Below are positions 18,394-28,338 of a stretch of DNA of 64,000 bases, piece after piece. Under the pieces are notes generated by a model. That model was not told where the DNA came from, did no database searches, and saw nothing but the letters and a program-made list of their open reading frames with translations. Within the stretch, counting starts at the first letter, position 1. Every line of letters begins with the position of its first letter. The DNA is taken from positions 15,108 to 79,107 of IMG/VR virus record IMGVR_UViG_3300006736_000004; one strand, written 5' to 3'. The translations under genes were made by a program, and so were the position numbers. This DNA comes from a virus.

Positions 18394-19329
18394 GTGGCTA
18401 GTTCAGGTTCTGTGGATTTCAATCGGACTAGAGATCAGATCATAGAGGGGGCGTTGCGCCTTGTGGAAGTGATTGCTTCTGGAGAGACTCCTGCCAATGA
18501 TGAGATTCAAGATGCTTCTGATGCCCTCAATCAGATGGTCAAGGCGTGGCAAGCGCAAGGTATTCATCTATGGACTATGACTGAGGGTACGCTGTTTCTT
18601 ACTCAAGGCACGGCTAAGTATACGTTAGGCCCGTCTGGAGATCATGCTACGTCCTCTTATGTGGAAACCACCCTCTCTGCTGCTGCTTCTGCGTCGGACG
18701 CCACACTAACTGTCACTTCGATTACAGGAATGACGGCTTCAGACAACGTAGGCATAGTCAAGGATGACGGAACTTTCCATTGGACTACCATTTCAGGTTC
18801 TCCGTCAGGTTTGACAGTTACCCTCGCAACCGTAATCGACGGAGCCGCTGCAAGTGGCAACACGGTCTATACCTACACCAGCAAGATAGACCGTCCATTG
18901 AAGATCATCGACGCAAGGCGGGAAGACTCCAACCAGCAAGAAGTTCCTTTTTCGGATATTCTCACCAGAGATGAGTATTTCGACCTTCCCAACAAAACTG
19001 CGTCAGGGTTATCTAGTCAGGGGTATTACGATCCTCAGTTAACCAATGGGGTCTTCTACTTGTGGCCTTCACCCAGTTCGATTGATGACATAATCAACTT
19101 TACCTTCGCCCGTCCATTTGAGGACTTTGATGCTGCTTCTGACAATCCAGACTTTCCTCAAGAGTGGTTGTCTGTGCTGAAGTTCAACTTAGCTGTTGAA
19201 ATCGCTCCCGAATACGGGGTTTCAATTGAAAAGCAGCTTAATCTCAAGGGTATGGCTAAAGATAAATTAGACCAAGTTCTGGGCTTTGATACTGAGGCTT
19301 CCGTTTATTTCACACCGGAGGAGTTTTAG
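18394..19329 (+). CDS. Podovirus head-to-tail adaptor (P22 gp4-like / tail tubular protein)
   Basis: TRDQIIEGALRLV...GETP...DALNQMVKAWQ, YLWPSP, FNLAVEIAPEYG. Confidence 0.75.
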   Translation: MASSGSVDFNRTRDQIIEGALRLVEVIASGETPANDEIQDASDALNQMVKAWQAQGIHLWTMTEGTLFLTQGTAKYTLGPSGDHATSSYVETTLSAAASASDATLTVTSITGMTASDNVGIVKDDGTFHWTTISGSPSGLTVTLATVIDGAAASGNTVYTYTSKIDRPLKIIDARREDSNQQEVPFSDILTRDEYFDLPNKTASGLSSQGYYDPQLTNGVFYLWPSPSSIDDIINFTFARPFEDFDAASDNPDFPQEWLSVLKFNLAVEIAPEYGVSIEKQLNLKGMAKDKLDQVLGFDTEASVYFTPEEF

Positions 19330-20732
19330 TGAGGGTTCCCTTCGCTTTTAACGCATATGAACGCAAGAACGTCAAACATCTATCTGCACAGAGGGTAGTC
19401 AACTACTTCGCTGAAGCGTCCCCCAAGGATGCCAAGATTGAAATCCCTGTGATTGGTACGCCGGGTCAGAAAGCATTTGCTGATGTCGGGACAGGGCCAA
19501 TTCGGGGATTACATAACTTCGCGGGGACTCTCGTTGCGGTCAGTGGTGCCGATATATTCACCATTGATTCTTCTGGTACAGGGACTAACCGTGGAACTGT
19601 GGGTGGGTCTTCAGATGTTACAATGGCTGACAATGGCACTCAGTTGGTCATTCAGGCTGAAACCGGGGCAACTGATTCCTACGTAATGACGGCGGCTTTT
19701 GCTCTGACGGCGATCAACCCTACAGATACTGATTTCCTTGGTGCATCCTCTATTGCGTTCCAAGATGGGTATATCATAGGCACCACGCCTTCTGCTGATA
19801 CGTTCTTCATTTCCTCCTTGAATGACGCTACTGCTTGGGATGCTACTGATATAGCTACAGCGGAGAGTGACCCTGATAATTTGGTTGTTTGCTTTTCTGA
19901 TCATGGTGAATTGTGGTTGTTTGGAAAAGAGACAACTGAAGTTTGGTACAATTCAGGAGATGCGGACTTCCCTTTTGCACGAATCTCCACGGCTATCATC
20001 ACTAGGGGGTGCAAGGCTAAACACTCTGTAGCGGCTGATGATAATACTATCTTTTGGTTGGGCGATGATTTAGTTGTCTACAGGGCCGCTGGATATAAGC
20101 CTCAAAGAGTGTCTACCCACGCGATAGAATCAGCCATTGCTGGATTTGCCTCTCCCTCTACTGCGAAAGCATTCTTCCACACTCAAGAAGGACACAAGTT
20201 CTACACTCTGAATTTCGATGAGGCTACATTTGTTTATGATGTCTCCTCTGGATTGTGGCATGAGCGAGAGGGGTACGACACAGCTAATAACAAGTTCCTC
20301 CCCCGTTGGAGGGCGCAACATGGACTTAACATCTACGATAAGAACCTTGTTGGCGACTTTAGAAACGGGAAGATTAACGAACTCGACATTGACACCCTGA
20401 CGGATTTGGGCGATCCCATTAGGAGGATTGTTACATCCCCTCCCCTGCATTCCAATACCAAACGGGTTTTTGCTAATCGTCTTCAGGTGGAGATTGAGAG
20501 CGGCGTTGGGTTGACTTCAGGACAAGGTGTCGCGCCACAAGCCATGTTAGAGTGGTCTGACGATGGTGGGCATACTTGGTCTAATGAACATTGGGCTTCA
20601 ATGGGGGCCAAGGGTAAATATCGGAATAGATTGATATGGCGGCGCATGGGATGGTTCTGGCAGAGGGTCTACAGAATGACTGTGAGTGACCCTGTTAGAG
20701 CGGCGGTTATAGCAGCTAATCTGGACACCTAA
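19329..20732 (+). CDS. Packaged DNA stabilisation / tail hub protein (P22 gp10-like)
   Basis: GTPGQ, GPIRGL, AESDPDNL, LFGKETTEVWYNSG, WSDDGGHTWSN, WRRMG. Confidence 0.85.
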   Translation: MRVPFAFNAYERKNVKHLSAQRVVNYFAEASPKDAKIEIPVIGTPGQKAFADVGTGPIRGLHNFAGTLVAVSGADIFTIDSSGTGTNRGTVGGSSDVTMADNGTQLVIQAETGATDSYVMTAAFALTAINPTDTDFLGASSIAFQDGYIIGTTPSADTFFISSLNDATAWDATDIATAESDPDNLVVCFSDHGELWLFGKETTEVWYNSGDADFPFARISTAIITRGCKAKHSVAADDNTIFWLGDDLVVYRAAGYKPQRVSTHAIESAIAGFASPSTAKAFFHTQEGHKFYTLNFDEATFVYDVSSGLWHEREGYDTANNKFLPRWRAQHGLNIYDKNLVGDFRNGKINELDIDTLTDLGDPIRRIVTSPPLHSNTKRVFANRLQVEIESGVGLTSGQGVAPQAMLEWSDDGGHTWSNEHWASMGAKGKYRNRLIWRRMGWFWQRVYRMTVSDPVRAAVIAANLDT

Positions 20733-21118
20733 TGGCTGTCCCTGAGATACCCAAAACTCCTGCCACTGAGGAAGATTGGTTCACCCGTGATTGGATTAAA
20801 TATTTTCAGGGGCTGAAAGACCACCTTCTTGATATTCATAGGTGGGTTCTGAAGACTGCTGCTTATACGGCCACCAATAGTGAGAGAATCCTTGCTGACA
20901 CAGCAACCACGGCAGCATTTACGATTACCCTACCTGCTTCCCCTAAGACGGGATGGACGGTGTATTTCCATGACCCTAACGGGAATTGGGCAACTGATAA
21001 CTTAACTTTAGACGGGAACGGAAAGAACGTCATGGGAGCCTCTACTTTAGTGTTAAGCACAAACAATGACACATTAGGTGTTGTATATAGTGGCTCCGAA
21101 TGGAGGAGGTTGTACTAA
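20732..21118 (+). CDS. Small tail protein
   Basis: TRDWIKYFQ, AFTITLPASP, LTLDGNGK; synteny. Confidence 0.6.
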   Translation: MAVPEIPKTPATEEDWFTRDWIKYFQGLKDHLLDIHRWVLKTAAYTATNSERILADTATTAAFTITLPASPKTGWTVYFHDPNGNWATDNLTLDGNGKNVMGASTLVLSTNNDTLGVVYSGSEWRRLY

Positions 21119-21906
21119 TGAGCTTTTGGGATTACGTCATACCGGGATATTCGGCTGCCAAAGATGCCAGTGATATGCAGTCTGAGGCGGCTGACCGCTC
21201 AAGGGCGGCTATTCAAGCCGGTGAAGCGGAAATGCGGGAGTTGTACGCTCCTTATAGAGACACTGGAAAAGCAGCCACATTCACCCTTGCTGACCTTGCT
21301 GGACAAAGCTACACTGGAAAACAAGGTAGCATAGAAGATGCCCGTTCCAAGGCTATGGAGGGGTTTTATAATGACCCCGGCTATGAGTTCCAGCAAGCTG
21401 AAGGCCAAAAAGCTCTTGAGAGGTCTGCCGCATCTAAGGGTATGTTAAGCAGTGGTGCGTTGGGGAAAGGGCTATTGAAGTACTCTCAGGGCGTTGCTGA
21501 CCAAGGATACCAAAATTGGCTTAGAAATCTGAGTGGCTTATCTACGCAAGGACTGAAGGCGTCAGATGCACAATCAGCCCATGCAATGGCTGGAGCTAGG
21601 AGTCAAGCAAGCATCCTTGACCAACAGGGTGCATACCAAGCATCTGGCCCTGTAGGACAGGCTAACGCTATTCAGAATATGATAGATACGGGCATGGAAG
21701 TTGCTGGAATGTACTACGGGAGAGAAAGAGAAGAAGATCCACAGCAAACTGCCGCCGCCGCTCAAAGGAGTAGTGGCATGATGCCCCAGGCACAAAACGT
21801 GGGTCCATATCGACCTTGGGTAAACCCAGACACCAGAGGCTATAGCCCAGGGAGCGGGTATGAGTACAATCTGGACGCGGATAAAGTTTGGTATGGTGGC
21901 GCTTAG
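21118..21906 (+). CDS. DNA ejection / pilot protein (P22 gp7-like)
   Basis: APYRDTG, DPGYEFQQAEGQKALERSAASKGMLSSG. Start moved to ATG 21118. Confidence 0.7.
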   Translation: MSFWDYVIPGYSAAKDASDMQSEAADRSRAAIQAGEAEMRELYAPYRDTGKAATFTLADLAGQSYTGKQGSIEDARSKAMEGFYNDPGYEFQQAEGQKALERSAASKGMLSSGALGKGLLKYSQGVADQGYQNWLRNLSGLSTQGLKASDAQSAHAMAGARSQASILDQQGAYQASGPVGQANAIQNMIDTGMEVAGMYYGREREEDPQQTAAAAQRSSGMMPQAQNVGPYRPWVNPDTRGYSPGSGYEYNLDADKVWYGGA

Positions 21907-21909
21907 AAT

Positions 21910-22698
21910 ATGGTTGACAAGAATTACCTCCGTTCCGCAAGCGAACAGAATGATTCCTTTGATTGGGATTTGTTGCGCCCTCCTAAACAAGGCCCTACCT
22001 CTCTTGATCCTGACCAAGAGAAGGAATCCCAGAAAGGCATTCGCGCGACGGATTGGTACAACGAATACGTCTGGTATCATGGCGAAGAGCCAGACCTTCG
22101 TCTGCCGTCTGATGACCCGCTAAAAGGGCCGCAATACGACTATAGGAACGCCTGGTTTAGAGATGTCCGACCTATCAGAGACCCAGAAGACGGCCAATTA
22201 CATTGGCCAAGTTCAGCCGGTGGGCAAATGCTCAAATCAGGGAGCCATCCTACCTTCTGGAAAGAGGGCTTCATGCGCCGATATGGTGTTAATCCCGACT
22301 CACTACGGGATGAAGACCTGATATCGCAGTACGGATGGTATCGTCGAGGTCCTCTCGTGCAAGGGCTGATGCGCCCAGATGAGCCGCCGCAGCCAGGGCC
22401 GCTTCGATTAGGTGATTGGACGGGAAGGTTAACCACCGAAGGGCGTAAGATTTACAATAATAACTTTGGTGGCTCTTCATCTGAATACACGATTGGGGTT
22501 AAACATCCTAGCATTAATAATGGGGAGTTGACTCATATCCCAAGCATCTATGGCGGCAAGGTATTAAGCCCGATTGATGCTATAAATATGATTGCTAGGA
22601 ACGGTGGCAAAGACCCAGAAACGGGCAGGTTTATAACCCCCGGCGGTGATCCTGGGAAAAGGTCATCAGGATTGGATAACAGTAGAGGACAGCGATAA
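21910..22698 (+). CDS. Hypothetical protein inside the ejection-protein block
   Basis: Tightly packed ORF with two apparent modules (YDYRNAW...HWPS...HPTFW and SEYTIGV...THIPSIYGG). Confidence 0.55.
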   Translation: MVDKNYLRSASEQNDSFDWDLLRPPKQGPTSLDPDQEKESQKGIRATDWYNEYVWYHGEEPDLRLPSDDPLKGPQYDYRNAWFRDVRPIRDPEDGQLHWPSSAGGQMLKSGSHPTFWKEGFMRRYGVNPDSLRDEDLISQYGWYRRGPLVQGLMRPDEPPQPGPLRLGDWTGRLTTEGRKIYNNNFGGSSSEYTIGVKHPSINNGELTHIPSIYGGKVLSPIDAINMIARNGGKDPETGRFITPGGDPGKRSSGLDNSRGQR

Positions 22699-24251
22699 TG
22701 GCCGCACCTATGGCACTTCAAATAAGACGGGGCGATCCCGGTGCATTCTCCCGTGGTGTGAGAACGATGCAAGCGCAACAAGCCAACGCCCTTAGAGCGG
22801 CAGCGGGAAGGCGGGCAGATGCGGCGCAGAGGGAGGCGGATGATACTCGTAACGCTTTTAATGTCCTTGGGCCTGATTTAATGAGCAAAGAACCCGGTGT
22901 TCGTGATAATGCTTTAGCTCAATTGTCTAAAATCAACGCCCCTGCTGCCATTGAGCTTCAAAACAAGTTCACCAAACAAGCAAGCGAGGCGTCTAAACTT
23001 GAGATGGCTGAAGAGGCCCATGTTTGGAAAGGCAAGGGAGAGGACAGGGCTGTTGCTGGAGAAGCAAGGGATGTATTGGCCGACCAAGCTAAACTTGAAA
23101 AGGATATGGCTGACCTTGGGGAATCCAAGCGCAAAAAGACCATAGCTGAAGCCCAATATGCTGATGCCTTGTTTACGGGTCAAGACTCTTCAAGGTGGCC
23201 CCAAATGCGTCAAGCCCTGATTAATTTTGGCGGCAACCCCAAGACAATACCGGAAACTGTTACTGAGGAACAATATAATCACCTCAAGGCCCAAGCTGCT
23301 GCTGTATCCCAATTAGGTATCAAAAAAGCAGCACCCTCTGCCATTTCTAAAATGATGGCTGAGAGGGACGCTTTGGCTGCTGCTAATCCTAATGATCCAG
23401 CCATAGCTGTCCTTGATGATGTAATCAAGCAAAAAAGACAAGGCCGACAATCCGTTTCTCCATATCAGAACTTAGGGCCATACGTTGATGCTGATGGAAC
23501 CTATATTGGGGAAGGACTGTTAGATAAAACCACGGGCAGACGAACTATTGGTGGCGAACCCATTCCTTCTGGGTCCAGACCCCGTACTGAGGCTGCGCTA
23601 GATAAATCTTTGATGACGGGGCAGCAATTCCATAAATTGGCTGGTGAAGCCGCTGATGAGGAACGCAGCCTTCGGCAGATCAATCATTACATGGCGAATG
23701 TAGAGTCCACTGAGCAGGGTTGGTCACTGATTGCTGACCAGTTGTCTGCTCAACTCAAGACGGTCTTTGGCAAGGAACTGGACGCTAAAGAATATCGGAC
23801 ATTACTGCAAAACGGGCAACTTCAGGTTCTATTGGGGGCGTTCCGTAAGGAGGTTGTCGGTGGCGGCGTAATGACAGAGTATGACGCCTTCAGAGTCGTA
23901 CAGGCTCTTGGTGGCAACCTCAGTATGCTTCGCAATAAGAAGGTGGCTATCGGCTTGTTGAAGGAAATCATGCAAGAAAAAGCCTTGAAATACAATTCCA
24001 CCATTTTGCCCCAGTACAACTTCCAAAGGAAAAGAACCAATCGTGGTGCAGGGTTCACAGCGAAAGAGCCTATTAAACTTAATGATATGTTGGGAGACAA
24101 GGGGGGGATTGTTTCAATGGGAGACAACCCAGACAATTGGGATGCTGAATACCAAGCCATTGAAGAGGGTGCAGATTATTACACACCAAAGGGCGAACTA
24201 AAAACCAAAAGAAAAGCCAAGGTGGAGGCAGAAGATGGGTTGGGAAGATGA
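22698..24251 (+). CDS. Internal virion / DNA ejection protein (gp20-like position)
   Basis: Ala/Gln/Glu/Lys-rich helical protein, GVMTEYDA motif; synteny. Confidence 0.6.
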   Translation: MAAPMALQIRRGDPGAFSRGVRTMQAQQANALRAAAGRRADAAQREADDTRNAFNVLGPDLMSKEPGVRDNALAQLSKINAPAAIELQNKFTKQASEASKLEMAEEAHVWKGKGEDRAVAGEARDVLADQAKLEKDMADLGESKRKKTIAEAQYADALFTGQDSSRWPQMRQALINFGGNPKTIPETVTEEQYNHLKAQAAAVSQLGIKKAAPSAISKMMAERDALAAANPNDPAIAVLDDVIKQKRQGRQSVSPYQNLGPYVDADGTYIGEGLLDKTTGRRTIGGEPIPSGSRPRTEAALDKSLMTGQQFHKLAGEAADEERSLRQINHYMANVESTEQGWSLIADQLSAQLKTVFGKELDAKEYRTLLQNGQLQVLLGAFRKEVVGGGVMTEYDAFRVVQALGGNLSMLRNKKVAIGLLKEIMQEKALKYNSTILPQYNFQRKRTNRGAGFTAKEPIKLNDMLGDKGGIVSMGDNPDNWDAEYQAIEEGADYYTPKGELKTKRKAKVEAEDGLGR

Positions 24252-26235
24252 TCCAGTTGCAAGTGGTGGTGCCAAATCCCCTTGGGACGCTGACCCTGTG
24301 GCGGGAGAGAGGCAACCTGAGACTAATATATGGTCTGGATTCTCCAAAGAAGGTGTGGAAAAATTAGGCACAGCCGCCACTGATGTTGTGCGTAGCGTTG
24401 CTGAAGGCGCAATGATGGGCTATGCAGATGAGTTTGGTGCGGGAATGAATGCTTTGCTTGGTCAGGGTACTTATGAAGAAAACTTGGCTGCTGAAGAGGC
24501 AAGGAGTGCTGAAATCCACCCCGGTATAGCTATTCCCGGCGAGATTGCGGGAGGAGTGGCTACTGCCACTGTTACAGGCCCTGCTGCCGCTGCTACTCGT
24601 TTAGGGCAAACCTTCAAGCAACTCCCCGGCTGGGTTCAAGCGTCTGGTCTTGGTGCGCTCTGGAGTGGATTGTATTCTTCTGGCAAAGCTAAAGAAGGAA
24701 AACGGGTAGAAGAAGGCATAGAGGGAGCGAAGATAGGTGCTATTGCTGGCCCTGTAGTGCATGGAGCCATTAAGGGCGTTCAAGCCGTCAGGGGTTTGCG
24801 TAAAGCCAAGACAATGCCTGAAGAGAAAGCCGCCCAACTTCTCGCTAAGAAGTTAATCGAAGATGACACCACCCCTAACAAAGTGAGAGTACGGCTTCGC
24901 ACCCTTGGTCCCCAAGCTACTATTATGGATGCGGCAGGAGAAAATGTTGTCGGTTTGACTAGAGCAATAGCAGCCCTCCCCGGTCCTGCCAAAAATAAGG
25001 TCATCAAAGTTTTACGGGAGCGTTCTCAGAAGGAAAGTGAACGCATTCAAAAGGATGTCACTAGAAACCTTGGCCCCGGCGATTACCTTGCCGCCGAAGA
25101 TAAGTTCTTGGAAAAACTCAGTTCTAACGCCCGTGACGCTTATACCCGTGCGTATCAAGGCAATCCGGTTGTAACGTCTCGTAATCTGGAGCTAATGCTG
25201 AAGACTCCCATTATGCAAAAAGCCCTCAAGGAAGCCGCAGAACTTGCGGGTATTGAGAGGGCGGCAGGAACGGCTAAATGGCTTGGCCCTGTAGACAAAG
25301 AGCTTACAGAGATGGCTAATTACGCTGCCAGTGTAGGGCTAATGGCCCGTCCTGACCGCCCCGGTGTAGCCAAGGGGCTGTCCCTTGAGACATGGGACTA
25401 TCTTAAAAAAGGCATTGATTCCATATTAGATAAACCGGCCTACCGGAATGAATTGACGGGCAAGCTCAATAAGAAGGGGTTTGTCGTTAACAAGCTACGC
25501 AAGAGTCTTGTCAATTTGCTGGATAAGCATACTGGTGGGGACAAATCGTTATACAAAACGGCCAGAGGGCAATACGAAAGCAATGCAGAAGCAGTCAATG
25601 CCTTAAGAGAAGGTAAGGGGTTCTTGAGGCAGTCCCCAGAGCAAATACGAAAATCTCTAGGCGATCTCTCCAAAGCCGGACAAGCAGCATATCGTAACGG
25701 TGCCTCAAGGGCAGTCATGGATGTTGTAGAGGGAGTTCCTGACGGTGCGAGTGCAGCAAGGCGATTGTTTAACAAGTCGGCGTCCAGAAAGAGGCTTGAA
25801 GCTGTATTCCCCACACCCAAGGGGTTCCGTGAGTTCACACAGAAGATGCTTGCAGAGCAGAGATTTTCTGATGTTAAGGGTATGATAGGGTCAGGCTCAA
25901 GAACCGCTCCGATGGCCGCAGAGATGCAAGAGGTTGAAAAGGCTGCTGGCTCTGCTGGCGCTATCTTGGGTACGAAGGTTCCCGGCGCTCATGCCTTGGT
26001 GGCTTCCCGAATTGGCAGAGAGTATGCCATTAAGTTCTTCAGAGCATTCCGTGGATCACACTCTGAAACAGACAGGGCTATGGCGAGGATGCTGGTGAGC
26101 CGCAGTAAGGCCGACCAAGAACGTGCCTTGGGCATGATAGAAGCTATGTATAAGCAAGAGAAGGGTCAGGTAGCCACTCAAATTGGTCCCAAGGAACGTG
26201 CCGCCATTATAGGCGTCTCGCAACAAACACCTTAA
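24235..26235 (+). CDS. Large internal virion / DNA ejection protein (gp16-like position)
   Basis: GAMMGYADEFGAG, WDYLKKGID, GSRTAP; synteny. Confidence 0.65.
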   Translation: MGWEDDPVASGGAKSPWDADPVAGERQPETNIWSGFSKEGVEKLGTAATDVVRSVAEGAMMGYADEFGAGMNALLGQGTYEENLAAEEARSAEIHPGIAIPGEIAGGVATATVTGPAAAATRLGQTFKQLPGWVQASGLGALWSGLYSSGKAKEGKRVEEGIEGAKIGAIAGPVVHGAIKGVQAVRGLRKAKTMPEEKAAQLLAKKLIEDDTTPNKVRVRLRTLGPQATIMDAAGENVVGLTRAIAALPGPAKNKVIKVLRERSQKESERIQKDVTRNLGPGDYLAAEDKFLEKLSSNARDAYTRAYQGNPVVTSRNLELMLKTPIMQKALKEAAELAGIERAAGTAKWLGPVDKELTEMANYAASVGLMARPDRPGVAKGLSLETWDYLKKGIDSILDKPAYRNELTGKLNKKGFVVNKLRKSLVNLLDKHTGGDKSLYKTARGQYESNAEAVNALREGKGFLRQSPEQIRKSLGDLSKAGQAAYRNGASRAVMDVVEGVPDGASAARRLFNKSASRKRLEAVFPTPKGFREFTQKMLAEQRFSDVKGMIGSGSRTAPMAAEMQEVEKAAGSAGAILGTKVPGAHALVASRIGREYAIKFFRAFRGSHSETDRAMARMLVSRSKADQERALGMIEAMYKQEKGQVATQIGPKERAAIIGVSQQTP

Positions 26236-26251
26236 TTAACGGAGTACCCCA

Positions 26252-27490
26252 ATGGCGGTGCGATTTAACACAACCCGTATCCAGTATCTGGATGAGAGTG
26301 GCGATCCCTATTCTGGGGGATTGATGAATTATTACGAAACTGGAACTTCCACTAGGTTAGATACATATTCAGACAACGCTTTGAGTTCAGCCAACGCTAA
26401 TCCTGTGGTAGCAGATTCAGCGGGTAGGTTTGGAGACATATTCCTGAAGGGACAAGACTATAAGGTGGTCTTTACCAATTCAGCCGGGACTACTATATGG
26501 ACTGCTGACCCTGTTCACGGGATCATTACGGATAGGTCTGTGTCGGCCAAGACGGGGACGTATACGGTAACGACGGCTGACAATGGTAAGCTGATTACAG
26601 GAGATGCTTCTGGTGGCGACTTCACCATCACCCTTCCTGCTGCTGCGACTGCCGGTGGTACGTTTGAGGTCACTATTAAGAACATTGGCTCTTCTGGAAC
26701 TGTTACCGTTGACGGAGATGGCTCTGAGACTATCGACGGGTCCACCACTCTAGTTCTTAATCATCAGTACGATTCCTACCTTCTGCGTTGTGACGGCACT
26801 GTATGGCATACGGTTATCTTCTTAAACAAGGCCGCTGTTCTTGATGGGATTAACGACCTCACTGAAGACACCGCCCCTGACCCGTCTGCTGATTGGCTTG
26901 TGACTTATGATGACACAGCCTCTCTCGCCAAGAAGATTCAAATGCGGCTGGCTGGATCATGGGTGAGGATTGATTCAGAGGAAGCATCCACTTCAGCATC
27001 CATTACCCTAACGGGCCTAGACGCTACTTATGATACTTATGTAGTCATAGGGGATGATTTGATGCCCGCAACTGATAATGTGGCTGCATGGTTAAGGCTA
27101 GGTGACAGTAGCGGTGTTGATTCTGGTGCGTCTGATTACGATTGGGTCAATAGTGATGGTATGATTGCTAGTGCTGAAGGAACAGCAGTTACCGCACCAC
27201 AATATAACCGGGACACTGATGATGCCCAAATAGTAATAGCACAAGCTGCTATTGGTTCTGCCGCTGGAGAGGGACTAAGTTTCGTCGCATTTCTAGCTGC
27301 TCATCGTGGGACAGGCTATCCTCGAATACACGGTAATCTTGTTAGCGGTGACACCAGCACACAGACACGTACTGGTGAGTTCGGTGGAGCCAGAAAATCT
27401 ACAATTACAACAGATCGTGTATATTTCCAGTTTTCATCTGGTAATATTGCAAGCGGAAGATTGACGGTGTGGGGATTGTCTCATGTTTAG
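26252..27490 (+). CDS. Tail fibre/spike with a podovirus head-binding N-terminal domain
   Basis: GDPYSGGLMNYYETGTSTRLDTYSD...NANPVVADSAGR; fibre repeats TITLPAAATAG; C-terminal FSSGNIASGRLTVWG. Confidence 0.8.
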   Translation: MAVRFNTTRIQYLDESGDPYSGGLMNYYETGTSTRLDTYSDNALSSANANPVVADSAGRFGDIFLKGQDYKVVFTNSAGTTIWTADPVHGIITDRSVSAKTGTYTVTTADNGKLITGDASGGDFTITLPAAATAGGTFEVTIKNIGSSGTVTVDGDGSETIDGSTTLVLNHQYDSYLLRCDGTVWHTVIFLNKAAVLDGINDLTEDTAPDPSADWLVTYDDTASLAKKIQMRLAGSWVRIDSEEASTSASITLTGLDATYDTYVVIGDDLMPATDNVAAWLRLGDSSGVDSGASDYDWVNSDGMIASAEGTAVTAPQYNRDTDDAQIVIAQAAIGSAAGEGLSFVAFLAAHRGTGYPRIHGNLVSGDTSTQTRTGEFGGARKSTITTDRVYFQFSSGNIASGRLTVWGLSHV

Positions 27491-27499
27491 GATAGTCCA

Positions 27500-27793
27500 A
27501 TGACCCCTGATCATAGATCACCAATAGAAAAACACCTACAAAGCCTTGCTTTGACTGTGTTGGTAGGTTTCTCAATGTGGAACCTCTCAGTGGTCACAAG
27601 CTTGCGTACTGACATAACCAAACTACAGCAGGAAGTGGCTGTGATGCAAAACGAAGTCAAACACCTCAAAGAGAGGGTATCTTATGTCTCTTCCGACAAA
27701 CTTGCTAATATAGATTTTAAATTAGATGCCCTAACCAAGCAGATTATGGAACTGGATGAACGTATGGGTGGAGTGTCAATTGGAAGGAACTAA
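27500..27793 (+). CDS. Transmembrane plus coiled-coil protein (possible holin or lysis accessory)
   Basis: One N-terminal TM helix followed by a heptad pattern. Confidence 0.45.
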   Translation: MTPDHRSPIEKHLQSLALTVLVGFSMWNLSVVTSLRTDITKLQQEVAVMQNEVKHLKERVSYVSSDKLANIDFKLDALTKQIMELDERMGGVSIGRN

Positions 27794-27957
27794 TAGTCAT
27801 TGACAGTCATGCCAAAATTACTATTGGGTTAGTTTGCTCTTTACTTTCAGGGGTAGCCATGAGAGTATGGTAGCATCTGATATAGATATTAGGATTACGT
27901 GTTTCTAGTAGAGGTTTGCATAGAGTCACATCGTATCAGAGAAAGATTGGAGTAAGT

Positions 27958-28338
27958 GTGAGGTACCCCTTTATGATTCTAGCAGTCTTTTTGATGGGCT
28001 GCACATCCCCAAAAGAAGCCACTGTGGCTAAAACAGCGACTCAATGCGGTGAGAGTGACCATTTCCTCTGGCCCGTCTGGATAGATAACTTGTATGAACG
28101 CAACCAGGGTGCGGTCTTAATGAAAATACCAGAAGAACACAGGGTAAGGTTCTTGTCTGCATATAACGCCAAAGAGCCTATGTCTAATGACAATCCACCT
28201 AGATTATATATGTTTTCTCATCCCGCATCACTGTTTTTGATAATTGTGGGTGTGGAAAATGGTTGTGTGATTTTAACACAACAAATGAGTATACCTGAGT
28301 TTAAAGACATCTTAGAACCAATGAATATGACTATTTAA
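27958..28338 (+). CDS. Putative lipoprotein
   Basis: GTG start with GGAG RBS; signal RYPFMILAVFLMG-C has a lipobox-like end. Confidence 0.5.
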   Translation: MRYPFMILAVFLMGCTSPKEATVAKTATQCGESDHFLWPVWIDNLYERNQGAVLMKIPEEHRVRFLSAYNAKEPMSNDNPPRLYMFSHPASLFLIIVGVENGCVILTQQMSIPEFKDILEPMNMTI

